From: Fimbriimonadia bacterium
GTDB taxonomy: Bacteria; Armatimonadota; Fimbriimonadia; Fimbriimonadales; JABRVX01
Length of the DNA stretch: 64,000 nt
Assembly: GCA_041483895.1 (NCBI GenBank)
Contig: JBGPGO010000003.1
Coordinates: forward strand, 32,001-96,000
Direction of reading: 5' to 3'
The position numbers and the translations under genes were made by a program. This document shows positions 1 to 10,419 of this stretch, piece by piece. The notes below the pieces were generated by a model, which saw only the letters and a list, made by a program, of their open reading frames with translations, was not told where the DNA came from and searched no databases. Position 1 is the first letter of the stretch, and each line of letters opens with the position of its first letter.

Positions 1-542
1 GAGCGGTATTGGACCGCGGATTTCGCCTTTGGCTGATCTCCCATTTGAACGATGGCCTTTGGCGTTGGAACTAAATCTTTTCCCGGCTTCCTGTCATCAC
101 GCAGGCTGGGAAGATAATCCTCGATCTTTGGGATTCGCAACTGGATGTCGTCTGTTTCGAATGGCTTGCGGGTCCGAAGTATGGGCCGGAAAGTCGGCGG
201 TTCCTCCCGCACGGCCTCCGCGACGACCGGTTCCGGGACCTGATTGGGGACCGGCCCAGGGACGGGCTTTTCTTCAATGGGTTTCGTGGTCGTAAGCTCG
301 GCGTCTTTCGGATCGGCGGGCACCGGCGGCGGCGGACCGACCATCCCCGATCGGACGGACCCCGTCGGTGGCAGGTTTACGGGACCCAGCGGCGTTCTGG
401 CCCGTGCGGGGATCTCACGCCGGGCGGTCCGAAGCGGCGGCGTTGCCGGTCCGGTGGCTTTCGCTTCCGCCGGCCGGTCGTCCAAAAACTGGCTGTCGAT
501 GTATGCGTAAATGTCCTCAAAACCCGGAAGTCTCTCTTCCAT
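1..542 (-). CDS. Hypothetical proline-rich protein, 5' part only (runs off the left edge)
   Basis: Read by hand: ATG at 542 after a G-rich RBS just downstream of the queA stop; MEERLPGFEDIYAYIDSQFLDD... stays open to position 1. Missing from the ORF track because it has no stop in the window. Confidence 0.65.
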   Translation of the reverse strand, partial: MEERLPGFEDIYAYIDSQFLDDRPAEAKATGPATPPLRTARREIPARARTPLGPVNLPPTGSVRSGMVGPPPPVPADPKDAELTTTKPIEEKPVPGPVPNQVPEPVVAEAVREEPPTFRPILRTRKPFETDDIQLRIPKIEDYLPSLRDDRKPGKDLVPTPKAIVQMGDQPKAKSAVQYR

Positions 543-552
543 GCTCGACCCC

Positions 553-1548
553 CTACAAGATTGCCATCGAATCCCCAAAGCTGAGGAACCGATACCCTGC
601 CTTCATCGCGGCATCATATGCCGCCAATACACGCTCGCGTCCTGCGAAGGCGCAAATCATCACCAGCATCGTCGTCTTGGGAAGGTGAAAATTGGTCACT
701 ATTCCCGACACCGCTTTAAAATGATATCCCGGCGCGATGAACAAATCGGTTCTTCTCTCGAATCCGACGGCATTCGATTCTAGCACCCGAACCGACGTCG
801 TTCCTACGGCGATCACCCGACCTTTTACCCCACGAAGGGTCTCCGCCGTTGCCTCGGTAACCACAAAGTTTTCCCCATGCAACCGCACATCGGCAAGAGC
901 GCCTTCCGGCAACGGACGAAACGTGTCCAGCCCGATGTGAAGAGTTACTTTCGCTATCTTCACGCCCTTTCCTTCGATGTTTTGCAGCAGCTCATGAGAG
1001 AAGTGGAGACCGGCGGTCGGGGCGGCCGCGCTCCCGTCCACACCGGCGTACACGGTCTGGTATCGGCCGGCGTCGGGCAAATTGCCGTGGAAATAGGGAG
1101 GGAGCGGCATCTGGCCGGCATTCGCGATCTCGTCATCAAACACGACGACGCGAAGGCCGGCCTCGATTTCCTCGAGCACCGTGGCGTTGGGCGCGTCCTC
1201 GAATACAATCCGGGCCCCCGTCCGCAATCGCCGCGCCGGACGGACCATCGCCTCGTACCGTCGATCTCCGAGCGGCCGCATCAGCAGAACTTCAACGCCG
1301 GCGCCTGTCGGCTTCTTGCCAACCAGCCGCCGGGCGCTGACGCGCGTGTCATTGAGGACCAATAGATCGCCCGGTTCGAGAAGGTCGGGCAGGTCGCGGA
1401 ACAGCTTATGATGCAGCGCGCCTCCATCGCGGGGCAGGACGAGCAGCCGCGACGATTCCCTGGGCTCAGCCGGGGATTGGGCAATAAACTCCGGCGGCAG
1501 GTCATAGTCGAACAGATCGATCGTTTCGGGTTCGGTGACGGGAGGCAT
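553..1548 (-). CDS. queA: S-adenosylmethionine:tRNA ribosyltransferase-isomerase
   Basis: Motifs FDYDLP..IAQ.P, LVLNDTRV, G.MPLPPY, RYQTVYA, AAPTAGLHF, LHIGL.TF, VGTTSVR, TNFHLP, YRFLSFGDSM. Start moved to ATG 1548. Confidence 0.97.
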   Translation of the reverse strand: MPPVTEPETIDLFDYDLPPEFIAQSPAEPRESSRLLVLPRDGGALHHKLFRDLPDLLEPGDLLVLNDTRVSARRLVGKKPTGAGVEVLLMRPLGDRRYEAMVRPARRLRTGARIVFEDAPNATVLEEIEAGLRVVVFDDEIANAGQMPLPPYFHGNLPDAGRYQTVYAGVDGSAAAPTAGLHFSHELLQNIEGKGVKIAKVTLHIGLDTFRPLPEGALADVRLHGENFVVTEATAETLRGVKGRVIAVGTTSVRVLESNAVGFERRTDLFIAPGYHFKAVSGIVTNFHLPKTTMLVMICAFAGRERVLAAYDAAMKAGYRFLSFGDSMAIL

Positions 1549-1550
1549 GG

Positions 1551-2246
1551 CTAGAAAAGTCTGAGCAGCTCCGACAGGTGGTGGATTGTTACACACTCGG
1601 CATCCGACGTGCCCGCCCGATCGAGCAGGACTGGGAAGAGACCGAAATCGCGCGCTCCTCCGACATCGTCCACCGGGTCGTCTCCCACGTGCACGATCTC
1701 GAAGGGCTCGTAGCCGAGCCGACGGACCGCCATGCTGAAAATCCGGTTGTCCGGCTTCTCCCATTCAAGCTCCAGCGAGGCGAGGGTGAATTCGATGTAG
1801 GGAGACAGGCCGACGAGATCGAGCACGGAATGGAGCGTATCGTCCCAATTGGAGATGATGGCCAAGCGTATTCGCCGCTCTTTCAGTCGTCTCAACGTTT
1901 CGAACACATCGGGATAGACCACCCAAAAGGGCGAGGGCTCCGCAAACAGCCGAGCCTCCGATTCTCTAACGATCCAGGCCGCATCCGAAAAGCTGACCCC
2001 GGCAATGTCTTGCACGAACGCCCTCCAAAACTCGCGGCGACCCTTCGCGCCATGCCTGCGAACCGCATCGTGATAGGCGGAGTGCCTTTCACGGAACATT
2101 TCGCCGAATGTTGCCGCAATGCGATCCGGCTCGCTCAGGATGCCCTTTTCCGCTAGTAGATTTGTAATCATTGCCACCGGTTCGTAGCGGACGTCAACGA
2201 GTGTTCCGGCGGCATCAAAGGTGACCGCTTTCGGCGATATGGACAT
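1551..2246 (-). CDS. HAD-superfamily hydrolase (subfamily IA)
   Basis: Motif I FDAAGTL, ISNWD, EKPD..IF, HVGDD...DV.GA. Confidence 0.9.
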   Translation of the reverse strand: MSISPKAVTFDAAGTLVDVRYEPVAMITNLLAEKGILSEPDRIAATFGEMFRERHSAYHDAVRRHGAKGRREFWRAFVQDIAGVSFSDAAWIVRESEARLFAEPSPFWVVYPDVFETLRRLKERRIRLAIISNWDDTLHSVLDLVGLSPYIEFTLASLELEWEKPDNRIFSMAVRRLGYEPFEIVHVGDDPVDDVGGARDFGLFPVLLDRAGTSDAECVTIHHLSELLRLF

Positions 2247-2417
2247 GCCGATGATTTTACCAAGAGTAAACCAGGCGAGGATTTTGCCAAATTCAGAATA
2301 TCTTGGGCCGAATCGCAAGTATTGGAAACCGGAAACTATGTCATAATCACAATCTAAATGAGTCGGTCCAGACCGGGCCGGCCGCGCCTTTGTGCCTTTG
2401 TGGGAGTGTGACCAGGA

Positions 2418-3956
2418 ATGATCGACGAGGAATTAGAGCCGGGACAGACCGGTACGACCGAAATCGCAGCCGGCGTTTCGGATGACAGGCCGCCCGTCGC
2501 AGAACAGCCCGAACCGACCGTGCCGAATGTCGGACCGTCAGCCGCGGCTCCGAGCGCAACGGAAGAACAGCCAATGAGCATGGAGGAGGCCCTCCAGGAT
2601 GAGAGCCTTCGGAATGTGTTCGAAGGCACCTTCAAGCGAGTCAAGCGGGGGCAGCTTGTTCATGGCACGATAGTCCGAGTGGATACGGACCGCGTGTTTG
2701 TGGACCTTGGCGGCAAGACCGAGGGCGTCATACAGCTCAACGAACTGGCATCTGAGACGCTCACGACCGCGGAAGGGTTTGTAAGTGTCGGCGATCAGAT
2801 TTCTGCCGTCGTGCTGCAATCGGAAGGCAAGGACGGCAACGCCGAGCTGTCCAAAAAGCGGGCGGATTTCGAGGATTCCTGGGTCAAAATTGAGGAAGCT
2901 CACAAGAATCAGGTGACCATCACGGCCCCTGTTACGGAGCGGGTAAAGGGTGGCCTGGTCGTTGATATTGGAGTCCGGGGCTTTGTTCCCGCGACACACG
3001 TCGGCAACGGCAAGCTCCGCAACATCGAGCGCTACGTCGGTATGAGCATCCCGCTCAAGATTCTGGAGATCGATCGCGACCGCCGGAAAGTGGTTCTCTC
3101 GAACCGATTGGCCGAAGACGAACTGCGATCCACGGCCAAGAACACAGTTTTCTCCTCTCTGCAGGTTGGCGACATCGTTGACGGCGTAGTTCGAAGGCTC
3201 GTGGACTACGGCGCGTTCGTAGACGTTGGCGGCGTGGACGGACTGCTCCATGTAAGCGAAATGTCGTGGACCCGCGTCAACCACCCTTCGGAAGTCCTGA
3301 AGGACGGCGATGAAATCAAGGTCAAGGTGCTTCGCCTCGATCCTGAATCGGGCAAGATTTCCCTTGGGTACCGCCAGGTTCTCCCCGATCCGTGGAGCGT
3401 CGTCGCCGAGCGCTACAAGCCCGAACAGGTCATTGAGGCGCCCATCTCCCGCATCGTCCAGACCGGTGCGTTTGTGAAGCTGCCGGAAGGCGTGGAGGCA
3501 TGGCTTCCGGTCCGCGAGATGTCGCAGCGGCGGATTGGAAAGCCTTCCGATGTCGTATCCGAAGGGCAGATCGTCAAGGTTCAAATCCGTGACATGAAGC
3601 CGAAGGAGCGCCGCATGGAGGTCAGCCTGCGTGCTCTGGAGCAGGACGCCGAGCGGCAGGTCATCGAAAAGCACACTCGCAACACCCATCGCGGCGGGGC
3701 CACGATAGGCGAGCGGCTGGGTGCGTTGAAGCAGTTCCTGACCGATGACGAGCCGCACGACGTGGTCGCCGTCATAGAAGAACCTGCTGCCGAACCGAAG
3801 AAGGCAAAGGCGGCCAAGGCGCCGAAAGCGGCGAAACCTGAGCCCGTAGCTGAAGCAACGGTCGCCGAAGCGCCCGTGGAAAGTTCGAACGGGGAGGCGG
3901 AGCCGTCCGATCCGGTGGAACCGACGGCGGTTGCGGAAGAGACGCCCACCGCCTAA
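2418..3956 (+). CDS. rpsA: 30S ribosomal protein S1 (four S1 domains, low-complexity termini)
   Basis: VKGGLVVDIGVRGFVPA, YGAFVDVGGVDGLLHVSEMSW, GAFVKL.EGVE; adjacent to coaE. Confidence 0.95.
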   Translation: MIDEELEPGQTGTTEIAAGVSDDRPPVAEQPEPTVPNVGPSAAAPSATEEQPMSMEEALQDESLRNVFEGTFKRVKRGQLVHGTIVRVDTDRVFVDLGGKTEGVIQLNELASETLTTAEGFVSVGDQISAVVLQSEGKDGNAELSKKRADFEDSWVKIEEAHKNQVTITAPVTERVKGGLVVDIGVRGFVPATHVGNGKLRNIERYVGMSIPLKILEIDRDRRKVVLSNRLAEDELRSTAKNTVFSSLQVGDIVDGVVRRLVDYGAFVDVGGVDGLLHVSEMSWTRVNHPSEVLKDGDEIKVKVLRLDPESGKISLGYRQVLPDPWSVVAERYKPEQVIEAPISRIVQTGAFVKLPEGVEAWLPVREMSQRRIGKPSDVVSEGQIVKVQIRDMKPKERRMEVSLRALEQDAERQVIEKHTRNTHRGGATIGERLGALKQFLTDDEPHDVVAVIEEPAAEPKKAKAAKAPKAAKPEPVAEATVAEAPVESSNGEAEPSDPVEPTAVAEETPTA

Positions 3957-3986
3957 CCGGATCGCAATGAATCCAAAGGCCCCAGA

Positions 3987-4607
3987 TTGAAATGCGCGGC
4001 CTTTTCGTGTTTGCGGGTTGCGATCACAGGGGGCGCCGCCACCGGGAAGTCCACCATTCTGGCCTACTTTGGCACCCTTGGCGCGGCCTGTTTCAGCGCC
4101 GATGACTTCGCCCGCACGATCACTTCGCCGGGATCACCCATCCTCAAGCGGCTTGCAAGGCTTGCCGGCAACGACATCCTGTCCCCAAACGGCTCTCTTC
4201 GTCGAAAAGAGCTGGCGAAGCGCATGTTTGGCGACCCCCAGCTTCGAAAAGTGGTCGAATCGATCCTGCATCCGGCAATCCAGAAGGCGATGGAGGCGGC
4301 ATCGAAGGCAGACCCGCGGCCGATTCACTGCTTCGAAATCCCACTATTGATCGAATCGGGAACTCAAAACCGCTACGATTCGGTCATACTTTGCCGGTGC
4401 GGACATCAGGAACAGCTGCGCAGACTCACGGAGCGTCTGGTAGGAGATGAGGCCTTGGCACGAAGAATATTGGATGCGCAGGCTACGGACAAGGCGCGAA
4501 GACCCTTCGCGGACACTGTTGTGATGACGAATCGTCCGCCGGGATCGGTCGAAAAAAGGGTCAAGACGATATTTGCGAACCTAAAGAATAAGTTGAACGT
4601 CGGTTGA
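3987..4607 (+). CDS. coaE: Dephospho-CoA kinase
   Basis: ITGGAATGKS P-loop, SADD.AR, LHP.I, EIPLL.E, Q.RRL..R. Confidence 0.93.
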   Translation: MKCAAFSCLRVAITGGAATGKSTILAYFGTLGAACFSADDFARTITSPGSPILKRLARLAGNDILSPNGSLRRKELAKRMFGDPQLRKVVESILHPAIQKAMEAASKADPRPIHCFEIPLLIESGTQNRYDSVILCRCGHQEQLRRLTERLVGDEALARRILDAQATDKARRPFADTVVMTNRPPGSVEKRVKTIFANLKNKLNVG

Positions 4608-4630
4608 ATGATAGGCCATGCGGAAACAGC

Positions 4631-4659
4631 GTGACACCCAGCAATCCTTATGCTATAAT
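4631..4659 (+). promoter_or_regulatory. Sigma70-type promoter for the secreted-protein cluster
   Basis: GTGACA (4631-36), 17-bp spacer, TATAAT (4654-59) with extended -10 TG. Confidence 0.7.
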
Positions 4660-4715
4660 TCCGCGTCACGTAGGGACGCGTGGCTCGTACCGGCGACTCA
4701 GGAGGTTTATGCCCT

Positions 4716-7700
4716 GTGAAACGACATGGCGTGAGGATAATCGCGGTTCTTTCGTGTGCTACGCTGTTTCTGGCTGCTTCCGTTCCCTGTTTTTCTCAGA
4801 AAACCGCGGCGAACACGGGTCAAGGCTCCAAGACGGGGACAGTGGGATCCAAGATTCCACCCGGTCCGAAGGGCGAGCTCAAGCTTCAGGCAGTGCCCAA
4901 GGGCACATTTGATCCATCCAACAGGGTACCGCCGATCCCAGGTGTGCCGGCCAGAAACGTCATCAAGTCCTCGCTGAAGAAGGATTCATTGATGGCGGGC
5001 CGCAAGGGTCCGTTCTCGATTGACGAAGCAAAGCAGCGGATTAAGAACGCTCAGGGCGGCCGGGGCGGCCCACCCCAGGATCGCGACATCACGTTGACCG
5101 CCGCGGACGTTTTGCAGCCCTTCTATGCCAATGCCGATACACGGGTCTGGCTCGCCACGAACGCCACGGGAGTGGACACCGCCACTCGGCTCGCGTACGA
5201 CGGAACCGGGCTGGCCTACCATTTATGGAGCGTCGACCGTGACGGCAAGAACGCCGTCCAACGAACGGGCAAGGATTCCACGGTTCCGGAAGAGGTCACC
5301 GGCGAGCAGATGTATCCGCATCTCAACATCGCCTCGAACGTTTTGGTCTATAGCCATCGCAATACCCCTGGCGCTGGGGATTTCAAGGTCCGTGTCCGCA
5401 ATTTGGGAACGGGTCAGAAGCCGATTTCCATTGGTATCGATACGACCATTCCGCTCGGTGACATGATCCACCCGCGCCTGAGTTCGACCGGTGATGTGGT
5501 GTTTTCCGCCCGCCTTGCCGCCGGCGGCACCTATAAGATATTCATTGCCAAGTCCAACGGCACAGCCTATAATGACGGCAAATTCGTCCACCAAATGACC
5601 GACGGGGGGACTTCCGACGACCTGACTCCCGATTGGGCGCCAACGGCGGACCGGATAGTTTTCACCCGACGTGCCCCGGACGGTTCGTCGCGGGTGTATG
5701 TGGCGTTCCTTACGAATCCGATTTTCATCCAGCAATACACGAATTTTAGCGTTACCGGAACGCCCTCGAAGGACAAGGATCCCGTTTTCCGCAGCGATGG
5801 AGCGAGACTGCTTTTCGCTTCGACGCGCAAGGCTCGCGTGAGCGGCAAATTGGCGTTTCGCGTTGCGGCAACCGAGATAGGCACGAGCTACGACATCTAT
5901 ATGTTCAATCCGACGATTCCGGAGAACACGACCAACAACTTCGCGACGTCTCTAACGGCAGACCCGATGGACGGTATTGGAGAAGGGGCCACAGATCCGA
6001 CCGAAGCATTCAAGCAAAATGCGTTTGCCTATATCTCGGACCGGCCGAATCCTCCCGTCAGCGCTGGATTGCACGACGCTTGGGAGGGTCTCTTCGCTGA
6101 TGTGACGCCGCCGTTGCTCGAGGAGCTTCCCGTGATATCCGTGGATAACGCTACGGGCAACAAGGAAGGGTCTCCGGGCTCACAGGTCATGTTCGCCGCT
6201 CACGTGACAGATTTGCAGACCGGCGTTGCCAAAGTGTATGCACAGTTCAAGGACCCTGACGGCGCCGAATTCGACACCGATGGCGTTGAGCATCGTTTGT
6301 ACTTGCTTCTTTCCGGTGAAATTCCGGCTCCGTTCGGACAGTTGGCTTACCCGCAGACGGGACGGCAGATGGACCTGTTCGTGGAAATCGGGCAGGAGGT
6401 CGTCAATCCGTTCAACTATGGATTCGCGTTCCCTTGGTCCCTCTTTGTTGGCGCGGTAGGCGACGCGGATTTGCGCGACGGCCTGCAGCTATATGATGAC
6501 GGGCCTGTCAGCGGCGGCGGCCACGAACAGGAATGTCAGGTCAAAGGCGACGATATTTACACCAACGTCTGGACGACCCCACTGCAGGCGAGCGATTTTT
6601 ATCTGGATATCTTGGTGGAAGACGTTGCCGGCAATCAGCTCATCTACGACAACATTTCCGGCTTCACAACGCAGGCATTCGTCAGCAAGAATCCGATTCT
6701 ATTCGTAGCGGACTATATCGCCGGGCAGCTGTTTGTCCAAGATTTGAACTTCAATCCGAATTTGGGCCAGCAGTTCGCGCGTACCACGTGGGCGCCGGTC
6801 GAGAGCTATTGGACTCGCAACCCGGCAACTCACGGAACTCACGCGACCTTCTATTCCTCCACCGGAGCGCCGGCAGAGCCGTATTGGCCGTTTGGCCAGT
6901 CCTCAGCCTTCCCGCGCACGGGACAGACTCTTGACACGCTTGGCCCAGCGGCAATCTATAACAACTGCGATGTATGGCGGACCGAATGCCGCAACCCGAT
7001 TTCCCCGGCGATCGTCAACCAATATCTGCCCCGATTGGACGACCAGGTGGATCCATCGAATCCTGGCTCCACTCGCCAGGTTCTGGTCGCCGAGCGGGCT
7101 GTCGTTTGGGCCAACCCGTATACGAAAGACCTCTGGACCGGGCCGGTTGGGCTGGATCGGGAGTCGATACGAACGGTCATCAAACAGTATATGGACCTTG
7201 GCGGCCGGCTTGTCGCCAGCGGTCAGGATGTCGCCTGGGGTCTCACTCAGGGAGGCCAAATTCAGAGCGACCTTCTTTCCAATTACTTCAAGGCCCGCTA
7301 CGACACTGACAACGGTGCGGACGTAGACGTCGTCCAGTACCAGGCTTTACGGCACGATCTGCGCGATCGGCACGACATCGTTTCGTCGGCTCCTTGGGAT
7401 TACACTTGGCCTCGACCCGACGGATCCATTGACAACGTTGACGCAAACGGCTTTACACAAGACTTCCTGGCCGATCCGTCGCAGTTGCTTAAGATTCCTG
7501 GAATCGGTTTGGTGCTCCTCGTGCCCGGACTCGCCGTTACCGGCAACTTCATTGGAATTGATGGCGCATGGAACCAGCTTTGGATCGACGCGGTGACCCT
7601 CAACGGTACCGCACAGATTCCAAACCTGTGGGCGCCGTTTGAGTACCGAGAGGTGGGTCCAGCCGGCCCGTATGCCGCCGTCGCCACGTCGAATTCGGGC

Positions 7701-10373
7701 ACCCGTTCGAAAACCATGCTCATGGCGTTTGGTTTGGAAGGTGTTCATTCGGCTCATCGAATCGTGCAGACCGCGTTGGGTCCATTCGCTTACTCGGACA
7801 GCCGCCGCTATGAAATATTGCACGGCGCTCTGTCGTGGATGAGAACGGCCCGCGCCTACGGCCAGGTGTTTTCCATCGATCCGCAAACGTTGGAGAAGAA
7901 GCCGGAGCCGGGAGTGCTGGTTCGGTGGACCCAGGGCAGCGCCAAAGATCCGACCTACCTAGGGCAGATTTATGCCGGCCTCACAGACAGCGATGGCCAG
8001 TACATGATTTTGGGACTGACGCCGGGCCACTTCTTCGTCGATGCGGTCAAGCCTGGTTTCCGAATTCAGCACCCCGAAGTCATCTATGGTCTGCACGGTG
8101 GGGAGATTGAACGCTACACCGGTTCCGACGGGAATACGATGGACCTTATCATTACCAAGGAGCCGCCGGGAAGCGTGACCGGGAAAGTGGTGAACCAAAA
8201 CGGCGATCCGCTGCAGAACGTGACGGTCATATTCACATCGACGTTCCCGGGTGTTCCGGACGAAACTACAATCACAGACGCCGCGGGCAAATTCATCATG
8301 ACGATCGCCCCGGGGACCTATACGGTGACTGTTGACGGCACAGCGATTGGCTATAGCAACACGAGCGATCCGGCGTCGGTTAGTGTGAAGGTCGATTCTG
8401 GCTTGACCGTCGCAATCGACACGGGCCACGCGGATCCGCCTGGAAAAGATGCCTTCATCCTGTTCGCCGCGGTCGGAAACGCTACAGGCAAAGTAACGGA
8501 TTGCGACAGCGGAGACCCGATTCAGGGCGCTCAAGTTGTCGCAAAAATCACGCGGTTCGGTCAGCCGGTGGTTGTGGGACCGGTGATTACCGATGCCAAC
8601 GGCGACTATGACTTTACAGCCGCCGGCTTGTCGCTGCCGCCGGGCACCTACCAGTTGGTGGTTTCCGCGATTGGGTATCAAGGCAAAACGGTCTCCGCCG
8701 ACGTGACTTCCGGAGGCAATGTTGTTACCCCGGTGTGCCTCAACACGGTTCCGCCCCGCGTCCTGCGCTCGTACGTGAAGGTGAAGCTCGGCAGCGGATC
8801 ATCTTTCGAAGATGCTCCGGAAAATATGCCGGTGAACGTGTACTTAAACAACATTCTCGTTTGCACGGCGATGACATTCAAACCGTCGCAGATAAGCACC
8901 GGTCACCAATACAATGTTGAGTTTACAGAATCGTGCAAGCTCGGCGATAACGCCAACAAGTATAAGCTTGTTGTTGATACGACAGGGTTTGGATTGAAGC
9001 AGTCCGCGGATATCATGGTTTTGGTCCCGGACGGAGCGTCGCCCGCGGACGGCAAGCCTGCCTATTCCTTGGATATCGTTCTCGAAGCGCTGCACACGTT
9101 CTCGAAGTTCAATAACCTGGTCTCGACGCCGTACAACTACTCCGGCATGGACCCGAAGATATTGCTCGACGGAACGAGCAGCTTCCGGTTCTCGACTTGG
9201 GACACTGGAACGGGACTGTTCATCAAATATCCGTCCGCGCCCGCCAATGAATTTATTATCGGCAAGGGGTATTTCCTTTCGGACAGCAAGAGCATGGCCC
9301 TGAAGACCTCCGCCACGACGGCGGATGTTAACAGCCTGTTCCCGATACCGATCAAAGCTGGATGGAATCTGATCGGCGACCCGTTCCTGTTCGAAGTTCG
9401 TCTGGAAGGCTCGCAAGTTTCCGGACCGACGGGCATCGTTTCCTTTACCCAAGCGGTGGCAAACGGCTGGGTCAATCCGGTTATCTACACTGTCACAGAC
9501 AACTATCCGACCGCGGTGTTTACTCTGCGCACCTGGGTTGGATACTGGTTCTACGCGTTCACGGACGTCACGTTGCTCGTCGATCCGACGAGCAAGCCGG
9601 GCGGTTTCGGTCCGGATGCTTTTAGCAACCCGTCAGACGGATGGCGTCTTAATCTGCAGGTTTCGACATCGAACGGTGTAAAGGACATGTCATCCATGAT
9701 TGGTGTGTCGCAAAACGCCGCGAACGGCTACGACAGTCGGTATGACTTCCGGCGGCCGCCGCAACAGGAAGGCGATTTCATTCAAATCGCATTCCGACCG
9801 AACGATTGGGGCGCCAACAACGGTCTATATATGTCGGATATTCGGAGCGCATCCACGTTGCAGCAGACTTGGAAGTTCAATGTGGAAACCAACGTTGCCG
9901 GAGCGGATGTCACCTTGCGATGGCCGAGTCTCAGCCACATGGCAAGAGGTATCAACCTCGTGCTCGTGGACGAGACGACCGGCAAGCGGATTTTCATGCG
10001 GTCCAACTCCTCCTATCTATTCAAGATGGGACAGGCTGGAGGCAGGCCGTTCCGCATCGAGACCATCAGCGCGAATCAGATTCTCCGGATTACGAATCCG
10101 GTCGCACAGTCGAGTCGTGGCGGAGTCAGCATCAGTTACTCATTGACTTCGGAAGCGAATGTCCAGGTCACAGTTCTCGGACCGACCGGGAAAGCAATCC
10201 GGCAGCTTACGAACAACGTAGCCGCTCACGCGGGTGCACAATCAGTGTCTTGGGACGGTCGCGATGGTCTGGGCATCGCGCTCCCGCCCGGCGCGTACAC
10301 GATCGAGGTCCGCGCGAGTACGGAGGACGACCAGATAGCCCGAACCGTAACGCCGGTGGTCCTAACACGATAA
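4716..10373 (+). CDS. Very large secreted multidomain protein: TolB/PD40-like propeller, choice-of-anchor-X-like motif, carboxypeptidase-regulatory-like beta-sandwich repeats, shared C-terminal module with FlgD-type Ig domain
   Basis: Signal peptide; PDWAPTADRIVF and PVFRSDGARLLF (PD40-like); LYDDG..GGH..KGDDIYT; G.V.GKV..Q.G.P...V repeats; C-terminus WDGRD..G..LPPGAY...PVVLTR. Start uncertain (GTG 4680/4716/4731); AGGAGG precedes 4716. Confidence 0.8.
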   Translation: MKRHGVRIIAVLSCATLFLAASVPCFSQKTAANTGQGSKTGTVGSKIPPGPKGELKLQAVPKGTFDPSNRVPPIPGVPARNVIKSSLKKDSLMAGRKGPFSIDEAKQRIKNAQGGRGGPPQDRDITLTAADVLQPFYANADTRVWLATNATGVDTATRLAYDGTGLAYHLWSVDRDGKNAVQRTGKDSTVPEEVTGEQMYPHLNIASNVLVYSHRNTPGAGDFKVRVRNLGTGQKPISIGIDTTIPLGDMIHPRLSSTGDVVFSARLAAGGTYKIFIAKSNGTAYNDGKFVHQMTDGGTSDDLTPDWAPTADRIVFTRRAPDGSSRVYVAFLTNPIFIQQYTNFSVTGTPSKDKDPVFRSDGARLLFASTRKARVSGKLAFRVAATEIGTSYDIYMFNPTIPENTTNNFATSLTADPMDGIGEGATDPTEAFKQNAFAYISDRPNPPVSAGLHDAWEGLFADVTPPLLEELPVISVDNATGNKEGSPGSQVMFAAHVTDLQTGVAKVYAQFKDPDGAEFDTDGVEHRLYLLLSGEIPAPFGQLAYPQTGRQMDLFVEIGQEVVNPFNYGFAFPWSLFVGAVGDADLRDGLQLYDDGPVSGGGHEQECQVKGDDIYTNVWTTPLQASDFYLDILVEDVAGNQLIYDNISGFTTQAFVSKNPILFVADYIAGQLFVQDLNFNPNLGQQFARTTWAPVESYWTRNPATHGTHATFYSSTGAPAEPYWPFGQSSAFPRTGQTLDTLGPAAIYNNCDVWRTECRNPISPAIVNQYLPRLDDQVDPSNPGSTRQVLVAERAVVWANPYTKDLWTGPVGLDRESIRTVIKQYMDLGGRLVASGQDVAWGLTQGGQIQSDLLSNYFKARYDTDNGADVDVVQYQALRHDLRDRHDIVSSAPWDYTWPRPDGSIDNVDANGFTQDFLADPSQLLKIPGIGLVLLVPGLAVTGNFIGIDGAWNQLWIDAVTLNGTAQIPNLWAPFEYREVGPAGPYAAVATSNSGTRSKTMLMAFGLEGVHSAHRIVQTALGPFAYSDSRRYEILHGALSWMRTARAYGQVFSIDPQTLEKKPEPGVLVRWTQGSAKDPTYLGQIYAGLTDSDGQYMILGLTPGHFFVDAVKPGFRIQHPEVIYGLHGGEIERYTGSDGNTMDLIITKEPPGSVTGKVVNQNGDPLQNVTVIFTSTFPGVPDETTITDAAGKFIMTIAPGTYTVTVDGTAIGYSNTSDPASVSVKVDSGLTVAIDTGHADPPGKDAFILFAAVGNATGKVTDCDSGDPIQGAQVVAKITRFGQPVVVGPVITDANGDYDFTAAGLSLPPGTYQLVVSAIGYQGKTVSADVTSGGNVVTPVCLNTVPPRVLRSYVKVKLGSGSSFEDAPENMPVNVYLNNILVCTAMTFKPSQISTGHQYNVEFTESCKLGDNANKYKLVVDTTGFGLKQSADIMVLVPDGASPADGKPAYSLDIVLEALHTFSKFNNLVSTPYNYSGMDPKILLDGTSSFRFSTWDTGTGLFIKYPSAPANEFIIGKGYFLSDSKSMALKTSATTADVNSLFPIPIKAGWNLIGDPFLFEVRLEGSQVSGPTGIVSFTQAVANGWVNPVIYTVTDNYPTAVFTLRTWVGYWFYAFTDVTLLVDPTSKPGGFGPDAFSNPSDGWRLNLQVSTSNGVKDMSSMIGVSQNAANGYDSRYDFRRPPQQEGDFIQIAFRPNDWGANNGLYMSDIRSASTLQQTWKFNVETNVAGADVTLRWPSLSHMARGINLVLVDETTGKRIFMRSNSSYLFKMGQAGGRPFRIETISANQILRITNPVAQSSRGGVSISYSLTSEANVQVTVLGPTGKAIRQLTNNVAAHAGAQSVSWDGRDGLGIALPPGAYTIEVRASTEDDQIARTVTPVVLTR

Positions 10374-10419
10374 TGCGTCCACCCAGAAACAGCACAGGCA
10401 TCACGGAGGAAGACATAAA

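Noticed and set aside
1549..1764. N-terminal extension of queA in the ORF track
   Set aside because: It overlaps the HAD gene; QueA homology begins after ATG 1548.
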